Assembly (NCBI GenBank): GCA_008369845.1 | Contig: MRSU01010611.1 | Coordinates: forward strand, 1-64,000 | Length of the DNA: 64,000 bases | From: Trichomonas gallinae | Taxonomy: Eukaryota | Direction: 5' to 3' | Part shown: one piece after another, positions 1 through 11,165 of the stretch | Numbering within the stretch: position 1 is the first letter of the stretch | How the letters are laid out: every line of letters starts with the position of its first letter | Notes under the pieces: generated by a model | What the model was told of the DNA's origin: nothing | The model's database searches: none | What the model saw: the letters and a program-made list of their open reading frames with translations, nothing else | Program-made: the position numbers and the translations under genes

Positions 1-97
1 CAACATACTTCCAATATATTGGAAATTTCGAAATAAGGGTACTTATTTCGCAAATAAGGCCGAATTGCGATTCAGGTCCAATAAAATAACAAAAATA

Positions 98-640
98 TTA
101 TGGTTCTACGATGTATGTAAACATCTTTCCTCCTTTGACATCGATTTCTCCGCGTTCTTTGATGTCAAAGCTTTGAACATATAAAACGCGCAATCATCAC
201 AATACAAAGAACAAGAAAGGCAGCAACATCGGGCAATACATGAAACGAATTGCTGGAACAGTATGTCTCTCTATTTGTCTTGAAATCTGTTCGATTGCAT
301 CGATGTTGAACTGGTCATCTTCGAGTTTGTTGTTGAACTCATCGAGACTCTCGACCTCTTGTATTGGTTTTGGAATTCCGTTGCTTTCGATGCAAGCTTG
401 AGGAAGGTTTGGAAAAGCTTCTAATCCGAGGACGTGGATTGTATATTCGTGAACGAAAACACCTCTTTGGAGCTTAACGAGATTTGCGATGCACATGAGG
501 AAGCCTAGTATTGAGCCTGCAAGAGCAATGATTTGGTGCTTTGTGTCGATAAAAGTACCGCAACCGAAAACTGTTGTTGCGCAGTAAATGATAAGATAGA
601 AACTCTCACTTTTGGAACACTCTTATCCGTTCACTACATT
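98..640 (-). pseudogene. Transmembrane adenylyl/guanylyl cyclase pseudogene (internally deleted, in-frame stops)
   Basis: Reading through the TGA-TGA at 194-199 in the frame of ORF 197..496 gives ...QSFDIKERGEIDVKGGKMFTYIVEP*, the typical C-terminus of a class III cyclase domain. The upstream part of the frame is hydrophobic and contains stops. Most of the catalytic domain is missing. The 5' boundary is approximate. Confidence 0.7.
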
Positions 641-1466
641 GATAGAGGTAGTCGGTCAGTGTTGTGTAAGAGATTATGTATATTCATTCGATTAACCCTA
701 ATAATTTTCGATATTATTATTTAATCAAAACATAACCAAAACTTTTGAATATTCTACAGAAATAATTACCTACATCCATTAAAAAGTAAAACGATTTTAA
801 AACGTTTGAAATGAATTCAAATAAAATATCAAAGGAAAAGGTATATTTTTCGTTCAGATTATATATATATTCAACTCTTTATATCTTATCTATTATTTGG
901 TTTATTAACTTTTGTTTTTGATCATTAATTAAAAAAATATAAAAAAATATTTTTAATTTTCCAGTCGTGAAATATGGTTTTTAAAATATTATAACTATTT
1001 CAAAGATCCACTTTTTCTATCCATAATTAAAAAATATACGCCACTTTTATATACATTTATTCTTGCGCCTTCAATTTTGAATCATTTTAAGCATCTTTTA
1101 TTCCTGGTAATTATAATTTAACCGTTTAAATTCAAAATTGAATGTTCAAGAATATCATTGACAAACAAAGTTCTCAATTTTTAGCTGACATAGTTTACAT
1201 TCAATTTAATTTGTCCTGATTTTATTGCCTATATTTATCTTTTCATGTGCATAATGATGTTTTCTTTTAAAATTATTGGTGGAAGAATGTCTCGTCAGAA
1301 AAAAATCATTAAATTTTCTAAGTATTAAATTTTTTCAAAAAATCAAAGCTAATCAAAAAAAAAAAATAACATTGATCATTGGCGTGAATAATCAAAATAA
1401 TTATTTGTCTTTTTTTATTTTGCCGGAATATATAACCTTATGGTCAAAAATTTTGTAAAAAGTTTC

Positions 1467-1590
1467 AAAAGTGACGCGTCCAAACGTCCTTTCAAAATAT
1501 CATTATTTGTATTAATATAAATAAACAAAACTATGAAATATGAAGTTTTGAGATTGAAAAATGTGACATCTGAAAATTTTATTCATTTTT
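1467..1590 (+). promoter_or_regulatory. Core promoter: AAAAGTGAC (M2-like, 1467-1475) and Inr TCATTTT (1583)
   Basis: Matches described trichomonad core promoter motifs. The Inr lies 11 nt upstream of ATG 1594. Confidence 0.6.
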
Positions 1591-1593
1591 CTC

Positions 1594-1935
1594 ATGGTGC
1601 GAACACCCATATTCAACCCAAGGATCAGAATCATGCAATCTGAGGATTCTAATGGTATTTACTACTTGGTTTTACGAAAAAGAGGTGAGCTTAGCCAAGG
1701 AATTTACTTTAAAGATAGAGAAGAAATGAAAATAAGACTCTCGCAGATAAAAAACCATGACTTAAATATGTATAATCCGATTTATATTAGCCCTATCCAG
1801 CAAACGCAATCAATAGATTCCATACCAAAGATGGATTGCCAATCAGAAGATGACCAATATGATACTTTATCCTATAATAATGACTCGTATGATTATTATT
1901 CAGAGCATTATGTTGGAGTAGAAGAAGTCTTTTAG
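1594..1935 (+). CDS. Small hypothetical protein with acidic C-terminus
   Basis: 113-aa ATG-initiated ORF directly preceded by an Inr; no recognisable domain. Confidence 0.6.
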   Translation: MVRTPIFNPRIRIMQSEDSNGIYYLVLRKRGELSQGIYFKDREEMKIRLSQIKNHDLNMYNPIYISPIQQTQSIDSIPKMDCQSEDDQYDTLSYNNDSYDYYSEHYVGVEEVF

Positions 1936-2025
1936 ACAGTAATTTAGAATAAAACTATCAAGTTAAATATATGATTTTTGTTATATGCAGACTTTGTAAG
2001 TCATAAGTTATCCATGATTTTTTCC

Positions 2026-4083
2026 TCAAGACATGAATATGCAGAAAACTAAGCAAACAAATAGGACACTTAATACAATACTAGCAAAAATCATGGTCGC
2101 ATATTCAATAACGCCAAGATGTTGTGTTGTGTCTGTGATCGCTGCTTCAGTTGTATTATATAGTTTTGATTTGAATCCTGGAATGGGGTAAATTCCATCA
2201 TTATCAGATCCATGAGAAACCTTAGTTACGCCCATATATCCATTTGGAGCAATTGGAAATGAAGCCGTAGTCATAAGAACTACAAATGAACTGCTTTCAC
2301 GTGTTACTTCAATTTTATAGGGATAATGATGACTATAACTATAATCTTCTAACTCTGAAGCATAATTTGGTCCAAATAACAATCTATGAACATAATGAAC
2401 ATTTCTTGACTGTGTGATATAATAAGTTTGTTCCCTTGAGTAATAGAAAAATAGACAATAAGATGTGTTTTGTTCAAGCTCTGAAATAATGTATGAACGA
2501 TTTGAACTTCCTTCAATAATAGCGTCGGCATAATCGCAATGATATGAAGATTTAAAAAACGAATACTTTAAATCCAGGCGTGGTTTTTTTGGTTTGATCA
2601 ATAAATAAGTTGCATTAACATATATTGGAGATAATGTATCGGATCCTTCATAAAAGCCACTTGATTGAAGAAACATGATTATATAATTTGGTACATATAA
2701 TTTTGTATAGCCAACATCAGATAAACTTATTTTGCCATTATAATAATCTTCGGGAATCCAATTATTATGAAATTCTGATATATATTTTTCTTCAACAGGA
2801 AGTATTATAATTGATGAGTTCATAAACTTCGTTGGAGTATTAGGATATTTAAATATTCCGCCTTCCTTTTCCATCGTTGCATTTGTCGATCGTACTCCTA
2901 TGTATAAACTTTTTGTTTCAGTTGCTTCGTAGGAAATGATTACTAATATGGTCTGTGTAGTTACACTATATAAATTAGAGACAAAATATCTACTATTTTC
3001 GCTTAAATAAAAATACAACTTATTTTGTCCATTTATCGATGCATTTCTGTATAACTCGACCGAAGTCGGATTTGAAAAATACATTAATAAGCAAAAATGA
3101 CGATGAAGCTCTAATTCATTAATTCCAACGACATAAGATCTTCTTGGATCAGCATCGATCAATACATCCATATAATTGCATTGAAAATCGACATATTGAA
3201 CAGAAACTATCAATGATTCGTTTCCGGTTTTAGATTTGATGTTAAGGAACTGTGGATTTTGATATACAGGCAAAAGATCGCCTGAACTTTCGATGAAATT
3301 GCTCCTATGTGGAAAAATAGTTGCCCAGTCCATACCTTGCCCTAAATACAAAGATAAATTAAGGTACTTAGTATTGGTTATAGAGAAATTATAAATTCCA
3401 TATTCTGTTATAAAATATCTATCATTTATATCCTTAAATTTTGAATTGTATCCAGGAACTTCAAATATTCCTCCTTTTTGCAATAAATTTGGTTGATATA
3501 GTTTACCTACACCCATTAATGTATTTTCCTCAGTATTATATCCATTAATGAATACACGGAGAAGTAATGATTTGGTTTTAAAATTACGTTTGTCAGGGAT
3601 ACTTGTTATAGTCGAACCCATATCTAAACTATTGTAAAAATAGAGCATATCGCCTGGAGCTGTACCAGATGATCGGACTGCAGTGATTGTTGTTTCGTTA
3701 GCGAACGATAAAAGAATGCAATAATTTCTATTATAGGTTACATCGCTGGCCTGCAGCATATATTGTTTATCAATCTTGTCAATAATCACATCTACAGAAC
3801 TGCATGTTTTTAAAATTTTGAAAATAGAAAAATATAAAAATTCTTCATTTTCTTTAGATCGAATTTCGAGTGATGTAGGATTTTTGTAGATTGGAGAAAG
3901 ATTTGATGAACCTTCATAAAATTTATCGGTTTCTGAAAATGCTACTACCACATCATAAGTATCATCACCGGTCATCCTAAATTTAAACGTCGAAGGTGAA
4001 CTATAGCATTGTCGTTTATAAGATTCGTAATTATACAAGTTATATTCTTCGCATGAAGAAAAAAATAAGAACGCAAAAAACAT
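2026..4083 (-). CDS. Type I membrane/surface protein with three internal ~200-aa repeats
   Basis: ATG at 4083 (ORF-track start is TTG), with a minus-strand Inr TCATTTTC near 4105-4112. It has a hydrophobic N-terminus (MFFAFLFFSSC), a C-terminal TM helix, and repeated FYEGSxxLSPIYxN and GGIFxxP motifs. Confidence 0.8.
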   Translation of the reverse strand: MFFAFLFFSSCEEYNLYNYESYKRQCYSSPSTFKFRMTGDDTYDVVVAFSETDKFYEGSSNLSPIYKNPTSLEIRSKENEEFLYFSIFKILKTCSSVDVIIDKIDKQYMLQASDVTYNRNYCILLSFANETTITAVRSSGTAPGDMLYFYNSLDMGSTITSIPDKRNFKTKSLLLRVFINGYNTEENTLMGVGKLYQPNLLQKGGIFEVPGYNSKFKDINDRYFITEYGIYNFSITNTKYLNLSLYLGQGMDWATIFPHRSNFIESSGDLLPVYQNPQFLNIKSKTGNESLIVSVQYVDFQCNYMDVLIDADPRRSYVVGINELELHRHFCLLMYFSNPTSVELYRNASINGQNKLYFYLSENSRYFVSNLYSVTTQTILVIISYEATETKSLYIGVRSTNATMEKEGGIFKYPNTPTKFMNSSIIILPVEEKYISEFHNNWIPEDYYNGKISLSDVGYTKLYVPNYIIMFLQSSGFYEGSDTLSPIYVNATYLLIKPKKPRLDLKYSFFKSSYHCDYADAIIEGSSNRSYIISELEQNTSYCLFFYYSREQTYYITQSRNVHYVHRLLFGPNYASELEDYSYSHHYPYKIEVTRESSSFVVLMTTASFPIAPNGYMGVTKVSHGSDNDGIYPIPGFKSKLYNTTEAAITDTTQHLGVIEYATMIFASIVLSVLFVCLVFCIFMS

Positions 4084-4816
4084 TTTGAACAAAATAAAAT
4101 TTTGAAAATGAATACACGATATTATTGGTCATATATTATAATTATTACGATATAAAATTTTGTTACGACTTAAATTGTCACCTTTCAAAATTTTTTTAAT
4201 TTTATACAATATAGCTGCACTTGCATAAGTATAATAAAATATTAGCAAGAAAATATGTTGTCAGAATTTAGACTTTTTAGCAGTGACAAATGCAATCTGA
4301 CGTGTAAATTGAGCATACAATTTGAGGCACAAGTCAAAAAAAAAAAAAAAAAAATGGTTACGATGATCTCAATACTATGTATCCTGGTTTTCGAGATTTG
4401 TTCAATTTTGATAATCTGACGTGTAAATAAAAATTTACATAGAAATTGAACATTCAGACTCGACTTTTAAAACTTAGCATTAGGCATAAAAAAACAATGG
4501 AAAATATGACTGATTTTACAATGTGATCTTCACATATTGCAAACCATTAAAAATCCCACCGCCATTTTGCAGAAGTCGGGAATTTTGTTTTAGTTGTCAA
4601 ATCCTGAAAATTTTACATTGACACATTGTCAGATTTTTAAATCGCAAAAATCCTGTTAGAACTAGACAAGATCCGAATTTTGCTTAATCATTTAATGTTA
4701 ACCTCCAAAAATCAAGGAATTGCAGCACAAGAGACAATCTTATTAGGGTAGCTGAAATTTAATTTATCATGTTATTGTTTACAATTACAAATGGCAGATT
4801 ACTAAAAGTGTCAAAG

Positions 4817-5764
4817 ATGATTCCAAATTTCGAAGAAATGGGAAAACATTTTGATAAATACTATAATGACGATAACTTTATTAAATGCCGCAAAAAGGAC
4901 GAAATCATGGAAATAGTCAAGTTTGCAACATTAAATTACGAACAATTTTCAACATTTGTCAATAATTTAGCCAAAAGTCATTCCAAGACTGAAATATTTG
5001 AAATTATGCAACATATAAAGGTAATCCCTGAAAATCTAATACATTTCTCATATGAAATTTTGGAGCTATTAGGACGCATCTTAGAAATCCCATTAATAAT
5101 AAGTATTCATGATATACTTAAGCAAGAAAAACAAATAATACCAGTTCCGATTAAAAAACAGCAAAAAATTGAAAAACAAAATTCCAATATACAGAAACAA
5201 GTTCCAGAAACAAAATCAAAAGGTATAAAAAATAAAGTTATTATAAAAGAAAGCCGTTTATATGAATTAAAAACGATTAGGAAGTCAAATTTTGATAAAG
5301 TATATGATCTTTTAGTAAAATGTGCCAATGAGGATGATATAGATACAATTAAGTATGCTGTCGCAAAACACTATTGTAAGTCCAATCAGAAATTTAGTGG
5401 GGATTCAATGATACTTCATGCAGCGCGAAATTCAAATGTCAAACTTATGAAATATCTGCATCAACTCGGAGCCGACATACAATCAAGGAATGAAGGCATA
5501 ACAGTTCTGCATCTTTTGTCGATATCCAACAATGTTGATGGTGTTAAATACTCAATTAAATATATTGATGTCAATGATCAAGAAAATTCGAGTGGATTCA
5601 CTCCATTGCATTGTGCTGCAGCAAATAATAGCATCGATGTCTGTTCATTGTTATGCGGCATTGATAAAGTTGACAAAAAAAGACTGGACTCAAATGGTCG
5701 AACTGCTCTAGATTTAGCAGAAGAATATCATCATCTTGAAATAGTCAAAATTCTGAAAAGTTGA
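4817..5764 (+). CDS. Ankyrin repeat protein
   Basis: C-terminal ankyrin repeats (GITVLH, GFTPLHCAA, GRTALDLA). The start is probably ATG 4817, which follows AAAAGTGTCA; the alternative is ATG 4769. Confidence 0.85.
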   Translation: MIPNFEEMGKHFDKYYNDDNFIKCRKKDEIMEIVKFATLNYEQFSTFVNNLAKSHSKTEIFEIMQHIKVIPENLIHFSYEILELLGRILEIPLIISIHDILKQEKQIIPVPIKKQQKIEKQNSNIQKQVPETKSKGIKNKVIIKESRLYELKTIRKSNFDKVYDLLVKCANEDDIDTIKYAVAKHYCKSNQKFSGDSMILHAARNSNVKLMKYLHQLGADIQSRNEGITVLHLLSISNNVDGVKYSIKYIDVNDQENSSGFTPLHCAAANNSIDVCSLLCGIDKVDKKRLDSNGRTALDLAEEYHHLEIVKILKS

Positions 5765-6096
5765 TTTTACTCACACTCTTTGATGGCCATAAAGTGTTCA
5801 AACATACTTCAACGCATTGAATTCAACATATATTGTTTTATTGTTTTGCTGTTTCATTGAAACAAACAAAAATCAATAAAATAGAAATGTTTAGTATAAC
5901 ATTAAAATCTAGTTTTTCAAATGGAAGAAAACAAAAACGATTATTGCATTCAGCATCAGATTGAGGAATGAGGAGATTATCTGGTGAGATACAGCTGGCG
6001 AATAAATCATCTGCCTATGCCAAAAGAAAGACTTAGGTTTAAAAAAATTAATGATGAAAATGTTTACATTTGATGAAAAATTAAGAACGACGGAAA

Positions 6097-7950
6097 TTAA
6101 GCTGATTCATGGTGTTTATGGTGTTTTTTCTTCTTATAAATGCAAAATCCAACAATGACGATGACAAGCATAAATGCTGCGAGGGCAATTACTGAACCGA
6201 AAATTATTGGCATATACTTTATAAGTATACCCTCTTTTTGTTTGTCAGGATCATCATCGTCATCATCAGGAGGAAGTGGAACATCAGGTCCTTTAATATC
6301 ATCTAAGAACTGCGTTTTATGTTTGAATGGATTTGTCTTGAAGTTTCCTTCGTATAATTTCATTGTCCTGCAGAATCTCTCTGGATTAGGGCATGTTATT
6401 TTATAGCCTTGCTGGAAAACGCCCCTCTTGACTTGTAATATTTGCATCTTATCTATTGTTTCGTTATTGCACTCTAACGTCGAGAAAACTGATTTGTCAT
6501 ATGGATTAGGATAATATTTCCATGAGAAGTTTTTGTATCCATTGCATTGATATTCGCCGCATAACTTTGCAAGGCCTTCAGTTCTTAGGACTGCTTGGCC
6601 GGGCGGGCAAACGTAAGTAGGGAACTTGATCAGGGCCCAGTCAAACACAGAGTCGAGTCCAATAATATTGTCGTTCTTCGGATTGTAGAAACTCTTTGCC
6701 TTGCAATATTCTTTGGCATCATTGTTTGAAGGAGTAGAATAGCATTTATAATCTGGATTCCGGTTAATATTCAATTCATTATAGGAACCAAAATATTTGA
6801 AGTCAAAACTCTCCATATCGGCATCAACTCTTAGATCACTAAGATATCCTTTAGGGAACACGCTTGCTGCTGGTTCTATGCCGAATCCCTTGATGTAGTC
6901 ACCATTAATAGACTCCGGGTGGCCCCAAATCAGAGGTTTAGCCTCTTTGTAGTCGCATTTATAATTTCCTGAATCTTGGAGAACGGCAAGGGTGGCATCT
7001 GTTAATCTCTGGAAAGGTCCTGATGATGTCTGAACAGTAATACCAGTCATATACTCAGTAAAGAAGGTTCTTCCTTCCAAGTGAGATCCCACTGTTCCAG
7101 ATTGGCCACCATCTTCAATTTCGATACCTGATTTGCATACTTTTCCATCATCTCCCTTGAATTCCAAGACTCCGTAATGCTTTACCGCCCAAATATGTGC
7201 ATATGGAGTGACTAAGAACGAAAATGTCTTTCCGAGCTTAGTGATCTTGCATATTGGATCTTTATACTTTTCTGTATTTTCATATGGGTGGAAATAGTAA
7301 AAATTACCACCACTAAAGCCTAATGCGTGTGTAAATTCATGTAATACAACCATAAACCACTTGCAATCTGTTGAATCCTCATTTTGGACTTCAGATGGAA
7401 CATGTTTTGGATTAATAAAGACAAAACCTTGAAAAGGACGATAATATTTTCCATCTAATCGATGTCCAACAGCTGAAGCTAACGTTGTTGAATCTCCATA
7501 CGGCCTACTAATAACAGTAATATAGAGGTCGGTGCCAGAGGCTGTAGATCCTGGTGGAATTGGAGTATTTACTCCATTATTAAAGTTCTCTAAAGGAAAT
7601 GAATTTTCTGTTGGTATTACTTTGAGCATCCTTTGAAATTTGGCCTTGACGTTTTCGATTGTGCCTTTAATAGCTTTAATTTGTTGTTGATTCAAAATAT
7701 CTTGTTGAACACAAGTCTGAGTTATTTGTTGATTTTTTACTTGTTGTCCTGGGCTTCTGCACAGATCTGGATCGTGCTTTGTTCCATCAAGAAAACCGTA
7801 GTCGATTTGAATTCGAATAGGCTTCCATTCAACTTCTGCGTTAGTTTTTCTGTCAGAATAGATTTTCCGCGTCTCTAACACGCTCTCGTTCATGATCTGG
7901 TTGTGGATGCAGTGATGGAGGACTTGGCAGATGCAAAACAAAGAATTCAT
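6097..7950 (-). CDS. GP63/leishmanolysin-like (peptidase M8) surface metalloprotease
   Basis: HEFTHALGF zinc motif, EIEDGGQSGTVGSHLEGR third-ligand region, Cys-rich C-terminal domain, and a TM helix with a basic/His tail. Confidence 0.92.
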   Translation of the reverse strand: MNSLFCICQVLHHCIHNQIMNESVLETRKIYSDRKTNAEVEWKPIRIQIDYGFLDGTKHDPDLCRSPGQQVKNQQITQTCVQQDILNQQQIKAIKGTIENVKAKFQRMLKVIPTENSFPLENFNNGVNTPIPPGSTASGTDLYITVISRPYGDSTTLASAVGHRLDGKYYRPFQGFVFINPKHVPSEVQNEDSTDCKWFMVVLHEFTHALGFSGGNFYYFHPYENTEKYKDPICKITKLGKTFSFLVTPYAHIWAVKHYGVLEFKGDDGKVCKSGIEIEDGGQSGTVGSHLEGRTFFTEYMTGITVQTSSGPFQRLTDATLAVLQDSGNYKCDYKEAKPLIWGHPESINGDYIKGFGIEPAASVFPKGYLSDLRVDADMESFDFKYFGSYNELNINRNPDYKCYSTPSNNDAKEYCKAKSFYNPKNDNIIGLDSVFDWALIKFPTYVCPPGQAVLRTEGLAKLCGEYQCNGYKNFSWKYYPNPYDKSVFSTLECNNETIDKMQILQVKRGVFQQGYKITCPNPERFCRTMKLYEGNFKTNPFKHKTQFLDDIKGPDVPLPPDDDDDDPDKQKEGILIKYMPIIFGSVIALAAFMLVIVIVGFCIYKKKKHHKHHESA

Positions 7951-8779
7951 TGAAAAATTTAAATTGAAAAACTCTGTTTGAATTTATTTACTACTTAATT
8001 GTGTTATTTACGTTGTAATGAATATTTTTGTTTTAATTAAATTGAATTGAAATAAAATTTAATAGGATAAAAGAATATATTTAGCATAGTGAATGATTTT
8101 TAATAAGTTTTGATTTGAAGTCTCTCAAATTTGTATAAAATAATCGACTCTAATTAACCTCAAATTACGTGTGGTATTGTTATATTGACAATGTTGTAAA
8201 AAAATAATTAGAAATTGAGAACAAATTGAAATTTATAAAATTTAAATATGCTATATTATCCACAAAATAATTATTTTAATGACAATCGAGTTAATTTAGG
8301 TCACTTTTCGTTAAATTAAAATTGAAAATATATACGGGCGCAAAAGCTAATTATTACGAAAATTTAGTTATACAATATATGGTTATTTTAATTTTATAAA
8401 ATTTTCGATTCAAAATTGAAAATAATCGTATTAAATCTTGTGCATAATTTTGTTCATATTTGATAAAAATATGTTTGCTTTTACAATGTTTTGAAATTAT
8501 TATTTACATGGCAGATATATTCAATTTGGTTTATTTACATGACAGAATATTTCTCGCTATTTATGTGGAATAATAATTGCATTTTACAACATGTTATATA
8601 GCTTAAATTACTTAAGTATTATTGGTCTATCGACTACTTTTTGCAATAACGATATTTTTACAGTATAACTAATCATCACGAAATCAGATCCTCAAAAAAA
8701 TATATATTTAATAAACAAGATAAATTGAAGTAATTGTATTTTCGAAATTCTAATTTAATACGTAAGATTTTTTGAAAAA

Positions 8780-10513
8780 TTAAGCATTATGGTTAGCTGG
8801 TGGTTCATCATTATCCGCATTATCATCTTTCGGCGTGCACAATGAATTTTTTTGAACTATGATGAATACCGCATATACAACAATAACAATAAATACGATT
8901 CCCGCAATTATACATCCGACAATAAGCTTCGTCAACGAATTTGGATCTTTACGGTTGAGAGCTGGCCCATATAGACTACTATAGAATTGTGTGTCAAGAT
9001 CGAAAGGATCTGTTTCGAAATATCCTTTCTGTAAATGAACTGTCCTGCAGAATCTCTCTGGTTCAGGGCACCAGTATCTTCCAGTTCTGTTCAAATAGTT
9101 TGTCTTGTTGCAGTAAATTGAATATCCAGAATAATTCCAAGTGAAACTCTTGAAATCGTCCGCACAAACATAATTTCCACATGATGCTCCACTATTATCG
9201 GCAGTTTCGATAATCGCAGTGTTTTCGTCTTTGCATGAACGCCATGGCATCTTCAGTGGAATGTAGTCGTATACTTCTAGATTAGAAGAAACTCCCTGGT
9301 GATTTGGATCATAGAACTTTTCCGCATTACAAAATTTTGTAGACGATGAGGATCCACTGCAGTCTATGCGTCCAAAACTAGAATAAAGTCCAACATACTT
9401 GAATGTGAAACCTGTCATGCTTCCGTTTGTGTTAAACTTTGTGTACTCTTTAGGGAATACTTTGGCTGGCGGGCCTGTCGCGAAATCTTCAATATAATCG
9501 CCGTCAATTGATTCTGGGTGACCCCACACTAATGGTTGCAGCATCTTGTAGTTGAACTTGTAGTTGCCTGTATCTTGCATAACAGCAGCTGTTGCATCCG
9601 TTATTCTAACGTATGGGTTTCCATTCGAAATATCAAGACCTACCATGTAATCTGAATTGAAAACTCTTCCTTCTAGGTGGGATTTTTCTGTTCCTCCTCC
9701 TCCACCATCTTCTATTTCGATTCCTGATGGACATGATTGTCCATCATCGCCGTAAAATGTATCAACGCCATAATGTTTTTGCGCCCATATGTGGCAAAAT
9801 GGTGTAACTAAGAAAGTAAATTGCTTTCCGAGTTTGGTTATCTTGCATATTGTAGTATTGTAAGGTTTTGAGATTTCATAAGGATGGAAGAGTTTAAAGA
9901 AATACGAAGAAAAACCTAGCGCGTGGGTTATTTCGTGGAAGTATGCGTAGAACATTGCACTTTCATAATCGTTTATGCTAATTGCTCTTGTGGGAACATA
10001 TTTAGGATTGACAGTTACGGCTCCTTTGTATGGACGATAATATTCCCTGTCTGTTGCTGTAGCTCCTGCATATGCCATAACTGAAGATCTTCCAAACGGT
10101 CTGCTATAAACAGAAATGTATAAATCTGTATCTGAAATTGTATCATCTCCATCTTTGAATGGTTTTTCAACTGGTATGACTTTGAGCAGTTTATTCATGT
10201 AATCAGCAACACTATCGAACGTAGCCTTAAGTCCTTTTAATTTTTGCTCAGTTAAAATGTCGTCTTTGCTGCATTCATATAAATAACCTTGATTTTCAGC
10301 CATCTGGCCTTCTCGTACGCACATATTTTCATCCGGTTTCTTTCTATCTATAAACCCAAAGTCGAATTTAACACGAATATTTTTCCACTCAGCGCCAGAT
10401 GTCGCTTTTCGTTTGGGATATATGTCGCCATACTCCATGACAACGTTTTTCATGATCTTATCATGTATGCAAGAGCTTCCATGAGCTCTTGCAACAGAAA
10501 CAAAGCAAAACAT
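8780..10513 (-). CDS. GP63/leishmanolysin-like (peptidase M8) surface metalloprotease, tandem paralog
   Basis: HEITHALGF, EIEDGGGGGTEKSHLEGR and a C-terminal TM helix; collinear similarity to 6097..7950. Confidence 0.92.
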   Translation of the reverse strand: MFCFVSVARAHGSSCIHDKIMKNVVMEYGDIYPKRKATSGAEWKNIRVKFDFGFIDRKKPDENMCVREGQMAENQGYLYECSKDDILTEQKLKGLKATFDSVADYMNKLLKVIPVEKPFKDGDDTISDTDLYISVYSRPFGRSSVMAYAGATATDREYYRPYKGAVTVNPKYVPTRAISINDYESAMFYAYFHEITHALGFSSYFFKLFHPYEISKPYNTTICKITKLGKQFTFLVTPFCHIWAQKHYGVDTFYGDDGQSCPSGIEIEDGGGGGTEKSHLEGRVFNSDYMVGLDISNGNPYVRITDATAAVMQDTGNYKFNYKMLQPLVWGHPESIDGDYIEDFATGPPAKVFPKEYTKFNTNGSMTGFTFKYVGLYSSFGRIDCSGSSSSTKFCNAEKFYDPNHQGVSSNLEVYDYIPLKMPWRSCKDENTAIIETADNSGASCGNYVCADDFKSFTWNYSGYSIYCNKTNYLNRTGRYWCPEPERFCRTVHLQKGYFETDPFDLDTQFYSSLYGPALNRKDPNSLTKLIVGCIIAGIVFIVIVVYAVFIIVQKNSLCTPKDDNADNDEPPANHNA

Positions 10514-10697
10514 ATAAAATTTTATGAATTTTTAGCCGCCAAATCAGTAATTACAGTTAATTATGTGTTTCTATAACATTTTTCTAATAAAAAAAATCTA
10601 AAAATAAAATTTATGCTTTCTTTTCCATTATTTCATTATATTTACTGATACTGTTCGTATTTCTTTTAAAATTTTTGGAAAATAGATTTAAGGATAA

Positions 10698-10796
10698 TTT
10701 TATTCGCAATGTCAGATTTTTATTTACAATGACAGATTTTATTTACAATGACATATTTTGATTTATTATGACATGTTTTTATTCGCAATCACAGAT
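10698..10796. repeat. Degenerate ~20-bp tandem repeat x5 (TTTATTTACAATGACAGATT-like)
   Basis: Successive units read TATTCGCAATGTCAGA, TATTTACAATGACAGA, TATTTACAATGACATA, GATTTATTATGACATG and TATTCGCAATCACAGA, at 19-20 bp spacing. Confidence 0.8.
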
Positions 10797-11165
10797 AGGA
10801 AAACAATTTTTATTTACTACACTGCTTAGCTAATAATCAGTGCGATGAATTTTTAAAATGTGAAATATTCGAATTAATCCCGCAAACAATTACATTTCTA
10901 TTTCATATATATCTTGAATATAATTTCTGATACTTTCCCAAAAACTTGTTCATCATATTGGAAAATTTTTGAATCAATTAAATCTAACTACAGCTGTTTA
11001 TTGTTCAAATTTTGACGTGTAAATTAATAGAATTATTTCCTCTGTTTAAGTCACTCAATAGGCTAATTGTGCTTCAAAATGAGGAAGTCTGTCTGGAAAA
11101 TAATGATAAAAATTAACTAACAACTATTATTTACACGATAAATCATAAAACAACAAAAGTAAAGC

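Noticed and set aside
533..724. 63-aa plus-strand ORF
   Set aside because: It starts at TTG and is antisense to the cyclase pseudogene.
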